DNA from: Bdellovibrionota bacterium
Lineage (GTDB): Bacteria > Bdellovibrionota > UBA1018 > CAIPTA01 > JAALKR01
Assembly: GCA_965207455.1 (NCBI GenBank)
Contig: CBDBMJ010000003.1
Location: 256,001-320,000, forward strand
Length of the DNA: 64,000 nt
Reading direction: 5' to 3'
Position 1 is the stretch's first letter; each line of letters opens with the position of its first letter. The notes beneath the pieces were generated by a model. It was not told the DNA's origin, searched no databases, and saw only the letters and a program-made list of their open reading frames with translations. Below, piece after piece: positions 31,458-40,900 of this stretch. Both the position numbers and the translations under genes were made by a program.

Positions 31458-33239
31458 CTATCCCGTTAGTATCAGTAGTACAACCATAGTCAAAATAAAA
31501 AAAACAGAGAAAAATAAATATGCTCTAGCAGCGCTATTTTGCACGCGTTGGACAAAATGAGATAAAGAGTGAGCAAGAACGGCGCTGCCATTCAAGAGAA
31601 CATTCATAATAACTGTTCCATCCAGACAGTTTATTTTTTTAGATACAAAATCCAAAAAAACCAATATTTTTTTTTGAGAAGCGGTCAAAATACTGGATTG
31701 TATATGGAAAACAAAAATATTGACTTTATCTAAAATATTATACATATAGGGTACTCCCTCCGATTCAAGGATCTCCCTTTTTCTTGAAAGATAAAGAGAA
31801 AACTTTTGACTTTTAGCTAGCCCTCCCCCTAGGAAAAAACCAATCACGGTCAGGAACACTATGGATGCAGCGGTATATAACATAATACTGGACGACTCTC
31901 CTGTCATAGTGGGCAAAATTCCATTCGTTCCCGAATAGACCCACTCCAATAAAGTTCCTCTCATCAAAGGCTCATTGCCCACTAAGAGAATGAAAATACC
32001 CAAATATACGCTAATGTCCTTAGATGGTATCTGCCTATCTATCTTCCAAAACTCCTCGTCATCTCCAGTCGTGAGCAAGAGCCTAGAGAATACACCTGTA
32101 AGCAATAACGATTGGAGGCACAGGAGAATAAACAGAGCCAAGTCCACTGACCCTATCCTATTGAAAAACAAAAATAATGCTGAACCCGGAAATCCTACAA
32201 TAATTAAATGGGCAATGCTGGCCACAAGTAGTGGGATTTTCCTCTGAGCACCTCGCAGCTTCACATTAGATAAAGTTAAACAGATACATTGCAGGGATAG
32301 TAAAACAAGACAAATAGCGAAAGCTATATTAATGGCATTATCAGGTGAAAAATGGATTAAAAAAATAAGATTTAAGGACAGGACGGACAGAATATAATTT
32401 TTAATGGAATGGGTTCCTTTACTAGCTAGGAGCGCACGCACAGCACAGAAGATAGAAAATATAGCTAGTAGATAACTATACACACCCAGATAAATATCAT
32501 CCAGACCTGTGCCAATGGCTTTCCTCTGTAAAGCAAAACAAGCTAAAAACAGGAGAACTTGGGGAAGATGATCAAACCAAGAAATATATTTCGAGCGAAA
32601 GGAAATTACTGTAATAATGTATAGTAATAATCCTCCGTTCATAAAATTCCAGATGGAAAATATCTCTTCAAAGGAAAGTATAAAAACTAAAAAAATAACT
32701 AAAAAAACAAATATTTTTTGCTTGAAGAAATCAAGCATCTCCACCCCATGAGACATTTTTCCCTCAGCTCTCATACCAAGAAAATAAGCTAGAAATATTA
32801 GCAACTCCACGAATACTAAAACAGGCACCATCGTTGTGATAAGAATGGATAGGTTACTAAAAATAAATAAACATAATAATACGGGAAACCGAGATACTCT
32901 GTTTTTCTCTTTATAAAAATCAGGGAATGCCAATGTGCCAAAAAATAAAAGGAGAGAACTTCCTAAAATCCAACACACACTTTCCTCATTCAGTAAAAAC
33001 TGGAGTTCAAATTGCGAAGGAATTTTCAAAAAATTCAAGGAAAGGGCGAGGGGAGAAAAAAAAGAATCCACCCCCATCAAGGCAATGGCACTGACTAGAA
33101 TAGGTATAAGAAAAACCATCAAGGAAAGGTAGTAAGAACTAAGCCATGACGCTCTGTTGGGAAAGAAAACCATAGTAATTCCATAGATCGCCGGTACGAT
33201 AATGGACGCGCCAAAGATAAAATAATGAATTAGACTCAT
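31458..33239 (-). CDS. Divergent NuoL-like subunit (second cluster)
   Basis: 593-aa polytopic protein; VFVELL (TM5 Glu), GFPG, and NuoL-type C-terminus (DGTVI...QRVQNS..AYL plus last TM). Confidence 0.65.
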   Translation of the reverse strand: MSLIHYFIFGASIIVPAIYGITMVFFPNRASWLSSYYLSLMVFLIPILVSAIALMGVDSFFSPLALSLNFLKIPSQFELQFLLNEESVCWILGSSLLLFFGTLAFPDFYKEKNRVSRFPVLLCLFIFSNLSILITTMVPVLVFVELLIFLAYFLGMRAEGKMSHGVEMLDFFKQKIFVFLVIFLVFILSFEEIFSIWNFMNGGLLLYIITVISFRSKYISWFDHLPQVLLFLACFALQRKAIGTGLDDIYLGVYSYLLAIFSIFCAVRALLASKGTHSIKNYILSVLSLNLIFLIHFSPDNAINIAFAICLVLLSLQCICLTLSNVKLRGAQRKIPLLVASIAHLIIVGFPGSALFLFFNRIGSVDLALFILLCLQSLLLTGVFSRLLLTTGDDEEFWKIDRQIPSKDISVYLGIFILLVGNEPLMRGTLLEWVYSGTNGILPTMTGESSSIMLYTAASIVFLTVIGFFLGGGLAKSQKFSLYLSRKREILESEGVPYMYNILDKVNIFVFHIQSSILTASQKKILVFLDFVSKKINCLDGTVIMNVLLNGSAVLAHSLSHFVQRVQNSAARAYLFFSVFFILTMVVLLILTG

Positions 33240-33256
33240 ACTCCTAGCACCTCAGA

Positions 33257-33547
33257 CTATCCCTCTTTTCCATGATCTGTTTCTCTATCTCTTGTCATCA
33301 AAGACAGACTTGCTATAAAAAATAAAATACAGAAAAAGATACCCACAAAAACTAAAATGGAAAGCATTTTAATTTTTTCTGGAAACATGGTTAACCATAT
33401 GATAGCTGCGTATGCGCAGGCTTTGAGAGAAATAATTTGACCCAGAACGATAGAAATAAATGCCTGCCTTGCCATCATCATTCCCAGACCAATGCAAAAA
33501 ATTCCCGCTGCAATGATAAGATGAATTTTCAAAAATAATAGATCCAT
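33257..33547 (-). CDS. Divergent NuoK-like subunit (second cluster)
   Basis: ~100 aa, 3 TMs, IFCIGLGMMMAR matches NuoK TM1; syntenic; likely start MDLLF. Confidence 0.7.
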   Translation of the reverse strand: MDLLFLKIHLIIAAGIFCIGLGMMMARQAFISIVLGQIISLKACAYAAIIWLTMFPEKIKMLSILVFVGIFFCILFFIASLSLMTRDRETDHGKEG

Positions 33548-33555
33548 ACCACCTA

Positions 33556-34047
33556 TCAATCTTTAGAGCCAACAGTGGCAAGCGCGCCTATGGAAGCCGG
33601 TGCAACAATGAACATACAGAGAAGAATAAATTTCCAGTTTTCTCCCAAAAAAGAATTTTCCGAATATGCCAAAACACTTCCAGATGCCGTATCTATTTCA
33701 GGAATACTCATTCCATTCCAAGCACCCCATACCACTAAACACCCGATAAAAGAAACAAAGCACATCATGACTACTAGATAGAATCGCTCCCAACCTTCGA
33801 TTTTTATCTTATTTTCTGGCAGCAAATTTGTGGAGAATATAAAGAATAATAAAATCAAATCTAAGATTAAAAAAATTGGTGTTACCCAGAGCAGGATACT
33901 TACTTTTAATAAAAAATAAGCTAGCAATGATATATTGCATGTTAGGATAGCAGAAGAGATAAGTACTGCAGATTTAGATGGTGAAAATGCCATTGCTAGA
34001 GCAACCACAATCGCCACAACACCAAATAGTATGAGAATAACCTGCAT
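33556..34047 (-). CDS. Divergent NuoJ-like subunit (second cluster)
   Basis: 163 aa, 5 hydrophobic segments, FFIFSTNL and ASIGAL echo NuoJ; syntenic. Confidence 0.65.
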   Translation of the reverse strand: MQVILILFGVVAIVVALAMAFSPSKSAVLISSAILTCNISLLAYFLLKVSILLWVTPIFLILDLILLFFIFSTNLLPENKIKIEGWERFYLVVMMCFVSFIGCLVVWGAWNGMSIPEIDTASGSVLAYSENSFLGENWKFILLCMFIVAPASIGALATVGSKD

Positions 34048-34052
34048 TTTCC

Positions 34053-34544
34053 CTATCTCCTTATCTCGTAATAACGAATCAATTGTTTTTTCTTCTTTTG
34101 ATAGGACTTATCTGTAACCATTCCTGAAAAATTAAAAACAAGACCAGAGCGATAAAAAGCGCCTATTTCATAATCATTAGTATGAACGATACTTTTCACA
34201 GGGCATATATCCACGCAAATGGAGCAAAAAACGCATTTTCCAAAATCTATCCAAAAATCATTTACTTTCATAGAGCCGTCCATCTTAATTCCAGAATCCA
34301 TGCCAATGGCTTGCGACGGACATGCCTGTACGCATTCATTGCAACCAGTACATACCTGAAGATCATTTTGTAATAGCCCCCTTGCCCTAGAGTTCGGGCC
34401 CTTAAACATTTGCAAGGAGGAAACTTCTGGGTAGGCTTCTGTGAAGCGCTGGAATTTTGCCTTCCTAGAAAAAGTGTATGGCAATAATGACAAAACAGCA
34501 GTCCATATTTCTCTTATCTTATAGATTATATTAGATTTCTCCAT
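34053..34544 (-). CDS. NuoI-like 2x[4Fe-4S] ferredoxin subunit (second cluster)
   Basis: TEAYPE, CTGCNECVQACP, IDFGKCVFCSICVDICP; start MEKSN behind GAGGAGG. Confidence 0.9.
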   Translation of the reverse strand: MEKSNIIYKIREIWTAVLSLLPYTFSRKAKFQRFTEAYPEVSSLQMFKGPNSRARGLLQNDLQVCTGCNECVQACPSQAIGMDSGIKMDGSMKVNDFWIDFGKCVFCSICVDICPVKSIVHTNDYEIGAFYRSGLVFNFSGMVTDKSYQKKKKQLIRYYEIRR

Positions 34545-34551
34545 ATCCTCC

Positions 34552-35439
34552 TCAAGCACCCAAGTAAAAAACAAGCCAAAAAAGTTCTCCCACAAAAGCT
34601 AAAAAAATAGCTGGCAAAATTTTCTTAAATCCAAACTCCCATGCATCTTTTGTTCTCATAAAGGGAAAGGAATTTTGTATCCACAGGAACGCAAACAATG
34701 TACTCACTAAAACCAGGAAGAAAACGGAAAGTCCCTTTATGGTATATATGGGGAAAATAATATTAATATGTAAAATGACAAGCAGGGCAGCAAGATTAAT
34801 TATCCACAGGATAGTGGATAGATGATAAATCCCATCCCACATCCCATTAAATTTCCTTCCGCTGCCATCGATGAACGGGGAAGAGGGAACAATAAAAAAT
34901 AAAGAAAGAAACCCACATAGAAAAGACAAAACGCTAAACGGACTAAAAATTACTTCATTGCTTTTATTATTCAAGTACAGCAAGGCCGGAAGCGTGGAAG
35001 GAATATACAAAGCTATACCAAATACACGAGATAAACCCAATCGTTGTGAGAAAATAAAAACATCTTTATTTTTAAAATAAAACAAAAACAAACTATCTAT
35101 CATAATTGCAAAAAGTAAAATAGAATACAAAGATAGGACTTTCTCATAGAGCAGGCGAGCTTCCTGCGTAAAGGAAAATAAGATAAAGCAGAATAAATAG
35201 GGCAGTGCAAGCCCCAGGAAAATGGCAAAAATAAAGAAAATACTTTCTTTTCCTCTCGTCTCTGCTCGTCTTTTGCTCATTTGTTTTATAAAATCTAGCA
35301 ATACTTGATAAGTGCCTCCAAAACCCGATCTACTAATTCCAATTCTCTGCTGCGTTTTTGCTGCCAGACCTCGCTCCATGGATAAATACAAATAGGCTGC
35401 CATATTGAGTGCTAAAAATAAAAAGAAAATAAAACTCAT
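34552..35439 (-). CDS. Divergent NuoH-like subunit (second cluster)
   Basis: MERGLAAKTQQRIG...GTYQVLLDFIK and FPFMR...KILP; only 295 aa. Confidence 0.8.
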   Translation of the reverse strand: MSFIFFLFLALNMAAYLYLSMERGLAAKTQQRIGISRSGFGGTYQVLLDFIKQMSKRRAETRGKESIFFIFAIFLGLALPYLFCFILFSFTQEARLLYEKVLSLYSILLFAIMIDSLFLFYFKNKDVFIFSQRLGLSRVFGIALYIPSTLPALLYLNNKSNEVIFSPFSVLSFLCGFLSLFFIVPSSPFIDGSGRKFNGMWDGIYHLSTILWIINLAALLVILHINIIFPIYTIKGLSVFFLVLVSTLFAFLWIQNSFPFMRTKDAWEFGFKKILPAIFLAFVGELFWLVFYLGA

Positions 35440-35441
35440 TA

Positions 35442-36536
35442 CTACCGCTCCACCTCAGACATGGAAATATCAAAATTATGAATAATTAGAGGAGCATCTT
35501 CCAGCGCTTCCTTTAATAACACTTGAGGCAAAAACTTCAGCATAAAAAAAGAAGGTGTAGAAAATTTCACACGAGCTGGCTTACTGGACCCATCACTAGA
35601 AACAAATACACCCAAAGCTCCTCTGGCACTCTCCACCTCTGCATAAGCACCCCCACGAGGAGGGCAAAAATCCATGCCAATGGAAACGAAAAAATTCCCT
35701 GGCGGTATTCGACTAGCCCCTTGCCGGATGATGGCTATGCTCTGCTGGATTTCCCGAAACCTATAGAGAAAGCGATCAAAACAATCCCCATCCTGTTTCT
35801 TAGTCCAGTGGATGGGCACAAAAAGATCGGAGTACGCTGCGTAGGTTTTTGCCTTTCTAATGTCTAACTCTCCTCCTGAGCATCGAGCGTTTGCGCCGGT
35901 AATACCATGTTCTTTTACTTTCTCTGGAGACAAAATAGCTAAACCGGTTAATCTCTCATAAAAAATAGGATTTTTTACTAAAATATTATCTAATTCTAAT
36001 AGAAAAGACTCCGTATCACACAAGGTCTTTTCTATTCTATGTAAAAGACCTTCACTCATATTATTCCTAACTCCACCAATACAAATGGAGCCAAATGGAA
36101 TTCTAGAACCACAATACATCTCAAATATATCTAAATACTTCTCTCTTTCTCTTAAGCTAAAATGATGTATGTTTTTTGAACCAACACAGAGAGAGACCTG
36201 AGAAATATAGTTCAAGTGACTAACAATCCTGCTCAATTCCAATAATATAACTCGAATAAAATCTGCCTTCAACGGCACTCGTATGCCTCCCAGCTTCTCC
36301 ACAGCTAGAGCAAAAGCAAGATTGCAGGCTGGAGCAGATAAATAATCCACTTTATCAGAATAAACAAGGCCCACCATATAGGGCACTTTTTCAAAGCACT
36401 GTTCGATTCCTCGATGACAATACCCCAGATCAATCTCGGCACTTTGGATCAACTGCCCATTCACCTGTGTTTTTAGCACAAATGGTCCAACTGTACTGGA
36501 ACTCTGTTTTATTCCTGGTATGATATTTATTTCCAC
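35442..36536 (-). CDS. Divergent NuoD-like subunit (second cluster)
   Basis: GYCHRGIE, DKVDY, ELSRIVSHL, ESARGALG, DISMSEVER; no NiFe CxxC motifs. Confidence 0.9.
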   Translation of the reverse strand: MEINIIPGIKQSSSTVGPFVLKTQVNGQLIQSAEIDLGYCHRGIEQCFEKVPYMVGLVYSDKVDYLSAPACNLAFALAVEKLGGIRVPLKADFIRVILLELSRIVSHLNYISQVSLCVGSKNIHHFSLREREKYLDIFEMYCGSRIPFGSICIGGVRNNMSEGLLHRIEKTLCDTESFLLELDNILVKNPIFYERLTGLAILSPEKVKEHGITGANARCSGGELDIRKAKTYAAYSDLFVPIHWTKKQDGDCFDRFLYRFREIQQSIAIIRQGASRIPPGNFFVSIGMDFCPPRGGAYAEVESARGALGVFVSSDGSSKPARVKFSTPSFFMLKFLPQVLLKEALEDAPLIIHNFDISMSEVER

Positions 36537-36538
36537 AA

Positions 36539-36943
36539 CTAAGGCAAGTCCTCTCTCAATAAAAACGGCTGAGGATGGAGCATATCTTTAAATTTCACCT
36601 TAAACATTTCCCGTATCTCCCGTTCAAACCAATTTGCAATCGGCCACACTTTCTCCACGCTGGAAATAGATTTTGTGTTTGGAACACTAGTACATACACT
36701 TAAATAATTATCCCAAAGGGAGGAACTCAACCCTGTAATTATTAAAGTTTTGGAGTCACTTTCCTTCATCGCTGTCAAAAAACACAAACGATGAAATAGA
36801 AGCTTTTCTTCTTTATATAAGAGCTCCAATGATTGCACCCAATCCTTATCATCCACATCTATGATTATATGCTGATTCTCTTCACGAATATTCCAAGCAC
36901 TGTTTGCTTGCTGGAGTTCTTTAATTAGATCTGCTTGCTTCAT
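36539..36943 (-). CDS. NuoC-like subunit, short (second cluster)
   Basis: VWPIANWFEREIREMFKVKF. Confidence 0.85.
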   Translation of the reverse strand: MKQADLIKELQQANSAWNIREENQHIIIDVDDKDWVQSLELLYKEEKLLFHRLCFLTAMKESDSKTLIITGLSSSLWDNYLSVCTSVPNTKSISSVEKVWPIANWFEREIREMFKVKFKDMLHPQPFLLREDLP

Positions 36944-37397
36944 CTAGCTTACGCCCCATAAAAATTTTCTTTTGTAATGCGTGTATCCCGTGGATTAGGG
37001 CTTCTGGCTTCGGTGGACACCCAGGAATATAAACATCCACGGGCAAAATAAGATCCACCCCGTTTATTACTGTGTCGCTATGAACAGAAAAAATTCCTCC
37101 TGTATTAGCACAGCTTCCCATGGAAATTACATATTTAGGTTCCAACATTCCATGGTATAGTTCTTGGACTTTTCTCGAAATAGCTTTAGTAATAGGGCCA
37201 GCCACAATTAAAAGATCCGCGTTTCTATAATCATCTTGTGGCAAAAGGCCAAATCGCTCCAAATCATAACGAGGTCCTGTGCTTGCTGTAAACTCCAAGG
37301 CGCAACAAGATAAACTGAGAGGAAAGGCCCAGAGAGACCGGCCATGCACTTTTGAAAAAATCTTTGATGTATTAGAAAGAAAAAGATCCGTTTTCAT
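36921..37397 (-). CDS. NuoB-like [4Fe-4S] subunit (second cluster)
   Basis: [36 protein letters not shown] overlap with the upstream gene. Confidence 0.92.
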   Translation of the reverse strand: MKTDLFLSNTSKIFSKVHGRSLWAFPLSLSCCALEFTASTGPRYDLERFGLLPQDDYRNADLLIVAGPITKAISRKVQELYHGMLEPKYVISMGSCANTGGIFSVHSDTVINGVDLILPVDVYIPGCPPKPEALIHGIHALQKKIFMGRKLDEASRSN

Positions 37398-37771
37398 TTT
37401 TGCAACCAATGAATACTCATGATCCAGTTCAAAAATTTTCTCCTAGATCCATAAGCAAAAATCAAACCCAAGAGAACTGGCCCCAATACTATTTTTATTA
37501 ATGTCAAAGTGGAATCTTCAACTCTTAGTGATAAATAATTCTGAAAGCTTAGGGCCATGGGAACGATAAAAATAAGACATGCCCAGGTGATTAAAACATA
37601 GATAAGAAAATAAATATCCTGCGGAGCTTCTCCATGGTTTCGAGCCTTCTGGAAGCGAGGTGAACGATAAAAATAGCCTAAGGGGCTGGAAAGGGAATAG
37701 GTGGCAACGGCTACGATCAAAAGAACGAATAACGCAAATAGTAAAAAACCAGAATCTATGAAAACTTGCAT
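37394..37771 (-). CDS. Divergent NuoA-like subunit (second cluster)
   Basis: 125 aa from MQVFID, 3 TMs, FIVPMA and YGSRRKFLNW echo NuoA; first gene of the cluster. Confidence 0.65.
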   Translation of the reverse strand: MQVFIDSGFLLFALFVLLIVAVATYSLSSPLGYFYRSPRFQKARNHGEAPQDIYFLIYVLITWACLIFIVPMALSFQNYLSLRVEDSTLTLIKIVLGPVLLGLIFAYGSRRKFLNWIMSIHWLQK

Positions 37772-37777
37772 ACTTAC

Positions 37778-37806
37778 AGCGTATGCAGGTTGTGCTATAG
37801 AGTCAA
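37778..37806 (-). promoter_or_regulatory. Sigma70-type promoter of the divergent nuo-like cluster, probably leaderless
   Basis: TTGACT (37806-37801), 17 bp, TACGCT (37783-37778), 6 bp, ATG 37771. Confidence 0.5.
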
Positions 37807-37901
37807 CCGCCAGCAAGAGCTCACCTTGTTTCTTTCCCACAAATATCCTATATGTGAAAGAGGAAGAACAAAGCATAGCTTGAGATTACGCGGAGCATTG
37901 A

Positions 37902-40900
37902 ATGGACTTTTTTTTACCCAGTTTTACTAACAGCCATCAATGGATCAAAAGCAAGCAAACAATTATTATTTCTGGCCTATATGGATCTAGCCAAGCCCTC
38001 GTTTTAGCCCAACTTTTAGCAAAGGAAAAAAGGAATTATTTAATTGTTTGCGATAAATCTAGTACTGCCCATACTTTGGTTCAAGAACTCCACACCTGTT
38101 TAACTTTTTTTCCAAACACTGTCCAAGTTTTATTATTTCCTAGCTGGGAAATTTCTCCCTATAGCAAACTTGCACCCAATCCCACCAATCGCTTGCAACG
38201 TTTGCGTTGCTTAAATGCTTTACACTCTTCCAGCAAAAAGTCCGTAGCTGTGATTGCTCCCATTCAAGCCATTACTCAACCCACACTTAGTCCTACGAGT
38301 TATAAGAAAAGAATTATTCCCTTACAGCCGGGAAGCGTGTACGAAATTCCATCTCTTGAGGAAAAACTTCAAGCCCTAGGCTATACCCAAGCGGATCTAG
38401 TAGAGGATCCGGGCACCTATGCAATACGAGGTGGAATTATGGACATCTATTCCTGCGTGGAACCCTACCCCATTCGACTAGATTTTATGGACAATGAAAT
38501 AGAGAGTATTCGCCTCTTTAATCCCATAAGCCAACGAAGTCAGGAAAAATCTTTCTTGAACATTGCTCATATTGGACCCACCAGAGAAATAGAATTATTC
38601 CCAGAAGAAGTGGAAACAGCAAGATCAAAAATACGAGCTTGGTGCGATCAAAACCATATATCCAGAGCCAATCGGGAACGACTCAATAATCAACTTAAAG
38701 AAAATATTATAACCCCAGAAATGGATTTCCTCATCCCGTTCTTTAGTAAAACTCCGGGCTATCTATGGGAATACTTTTCCAGCGACTCTTTGTGGACCTG
38801 GGTATCTGCCGACGATGTAAGAGTGCGCTTGCTGGAAAGACAGGAGAAATTAAAACTGGAATATGAGATGGCACTTACAGAACAGTCAATTATAGCGCCC
38901 AATGAAGAAATTTCCCTAGATTATGCTTCTCTTGTGGAAGCCAGTAAAAAATTTCAAAATCTCCGCCTAGAACCTCTAGACATACGAAGTAAAGAAGAAG
39001 CACAAAGAATCCATTTGAAAATCACACCTAATAATAAGGTACGTGGAATAACAAAAAGAAATAAAACGGAGAGTGCAGATTTCGACAAAGTAACAGAATA
39101 TATAGAGGAGTTGCTAGAGCTAAACTATAGCATCTTTTTTATGGCAAACTCAAAATCCCAATTGGATAGACTTTCCTTCCTTTTAGCGCAAAAGGGCATA
39201 CCAAACAAACAACTAAGCCCCAAAGAAATGCCTCAGAAAAAAATGCTAACCATGGTTTTGGGTACCTTAGAATCTGGATTCCAAATGGATGTAGACAGGG
39301 TGGTGTGCCTCACTGAGGATGAAATTTTTGGAGCAAAAAAACATTCGGAAAAACAGCGCACTCGCCCGAAAGATTTCTTCTCCAAGCACCTTGCCAAAAC
39401 GAGCTTAGATAATTTATTTAAAGATGACTTTCTAGTTCACATAGAACACGGCATCGGCAAATACAAAGGACTCATTAAATTAATTACTAGCGGCATTCCA
39501 GGAGACTATGTCCATATAGAATATGCCGGAAAAGACAGGCTCTATCTCCCCATATATAGATTAGAACAAATACAAAAATATATCGGGCCTGCGGATTCTC
39601 GCCCACCAGTAAATAAATTAGGCTCCCAGCATTTTGTGAAAGCAAAAAGTAAAGCAAAGGCAGCAGTAAAAGATATTGCAGCCTCTTTATTAAAACTCTA
39701 TGCCCAACGAGCTTCCGTATCCGGATATGCCTTCCCTGAACCGGACGATGAATACAAAAAATTTGAAGCCTGTTTCCCCTACGATGAAACCCCAGATCAA
39801 CTGCAAGCAATTGAAGAAACAATTAAAGATATGTGCACACCTAAACCCATGGATCGATTAATCTGTGGAGACGTGGGCTATGGGAAGACAGAAGTGGCAA
39901 TGCGAGCTGCTTTTTTAGCTGCCTATTCAGGAAAACAAGTGGTCATTCTAGTTCCAACCACTATTTTAGCTGAGCAACACCTGTATAATTTCAAAATAAG
40001 ATTCCAATCAATCCCCTTTGTTATAGAATCTCTTTCTCGATTTAAAAAACAAAAGGAACAAAAAGTAATTCTAGAGCAACTAAAAAATAAAAAAATAGAT
40101 ATTATAATTGGCACCCATCGCCTACTTTCAAAAGATGTTGCCTTCAAAGATTTAGGTCTACTGGTTATTGATGAAGAACAACGTTTTGGTGTGGAAAATA
40201 AAGAAAGACTCAAAAAATTTCGCCTCTCTGCTGATGTGCTAACTCTCACAGCAACACCCATACCCAGAACCCTACACCTTTCACTGGTTGGTATGCGAGA
40301 TATTAGTATTATCCACACCCCACCCGCAGAACGTCAATCCATCCGAACTTACCTTGCTGAGTTTGATAAAGAAATAATTAAAAAAGCCATTATTTTCGAG
40401 TTGAGCCGAGGAGGGCAAGTTTTCTTTATTCACAACAGAATACAATCCATGCCCATCATTCTAAATGCATTAAAAGAAATATTGCCAAAAATTAAGATAG
40501 CTGTAGCTAACGGAACTTTGCCTGAAACTCAACTAGAAAAAATAATGACCGGCTTTTATAAAAAAGAATTCGACGTACTCCTATCCACCGCTATTGTCGA
40601 AAATGGACTCGATATACCCAATGCTAATACCATTATTGTGAATCGAGCTGATGCTTTTGGCTTGTCACAGCTCTACCAAATCCGAGGACGAGTGGGTCGG
40701 TCGAAAAATCGAGCCTATGCCTACCTATTAACCCCTAAAGATATTACTCCTAGTGCAAGAAATAGGTTGCAAACTCTCCAACAACATACTGCTTTAGGTA
40801 GCAGCTTTTCCATTTCCTCCCGAGATTTAGAGCTTCGAGGTTCTGGGGATATTGTTGGCGGGGCTCAGTCGGGCCATGTAACCTCTATCGGTTACGATAT

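Noticed and set aside
27111..37771. Second cluster as a group 4 [NiFe]-hydrogenase or Mrp antiporter
   Set aside because: NuoD' has no N- or C-terminal CxxC nickel ligands, NuoB' has the tandem CC of complex I, and gene order follows nuoA-N
27111..37771. Second cluster as a set of pseudogenes
   Set aside because: No stops or frameshifts in 12 genes, near-normal lengths, coupled starts and stops, intact Fe-S ligands; relaxed selection cannot be fully excluded without dN/dS
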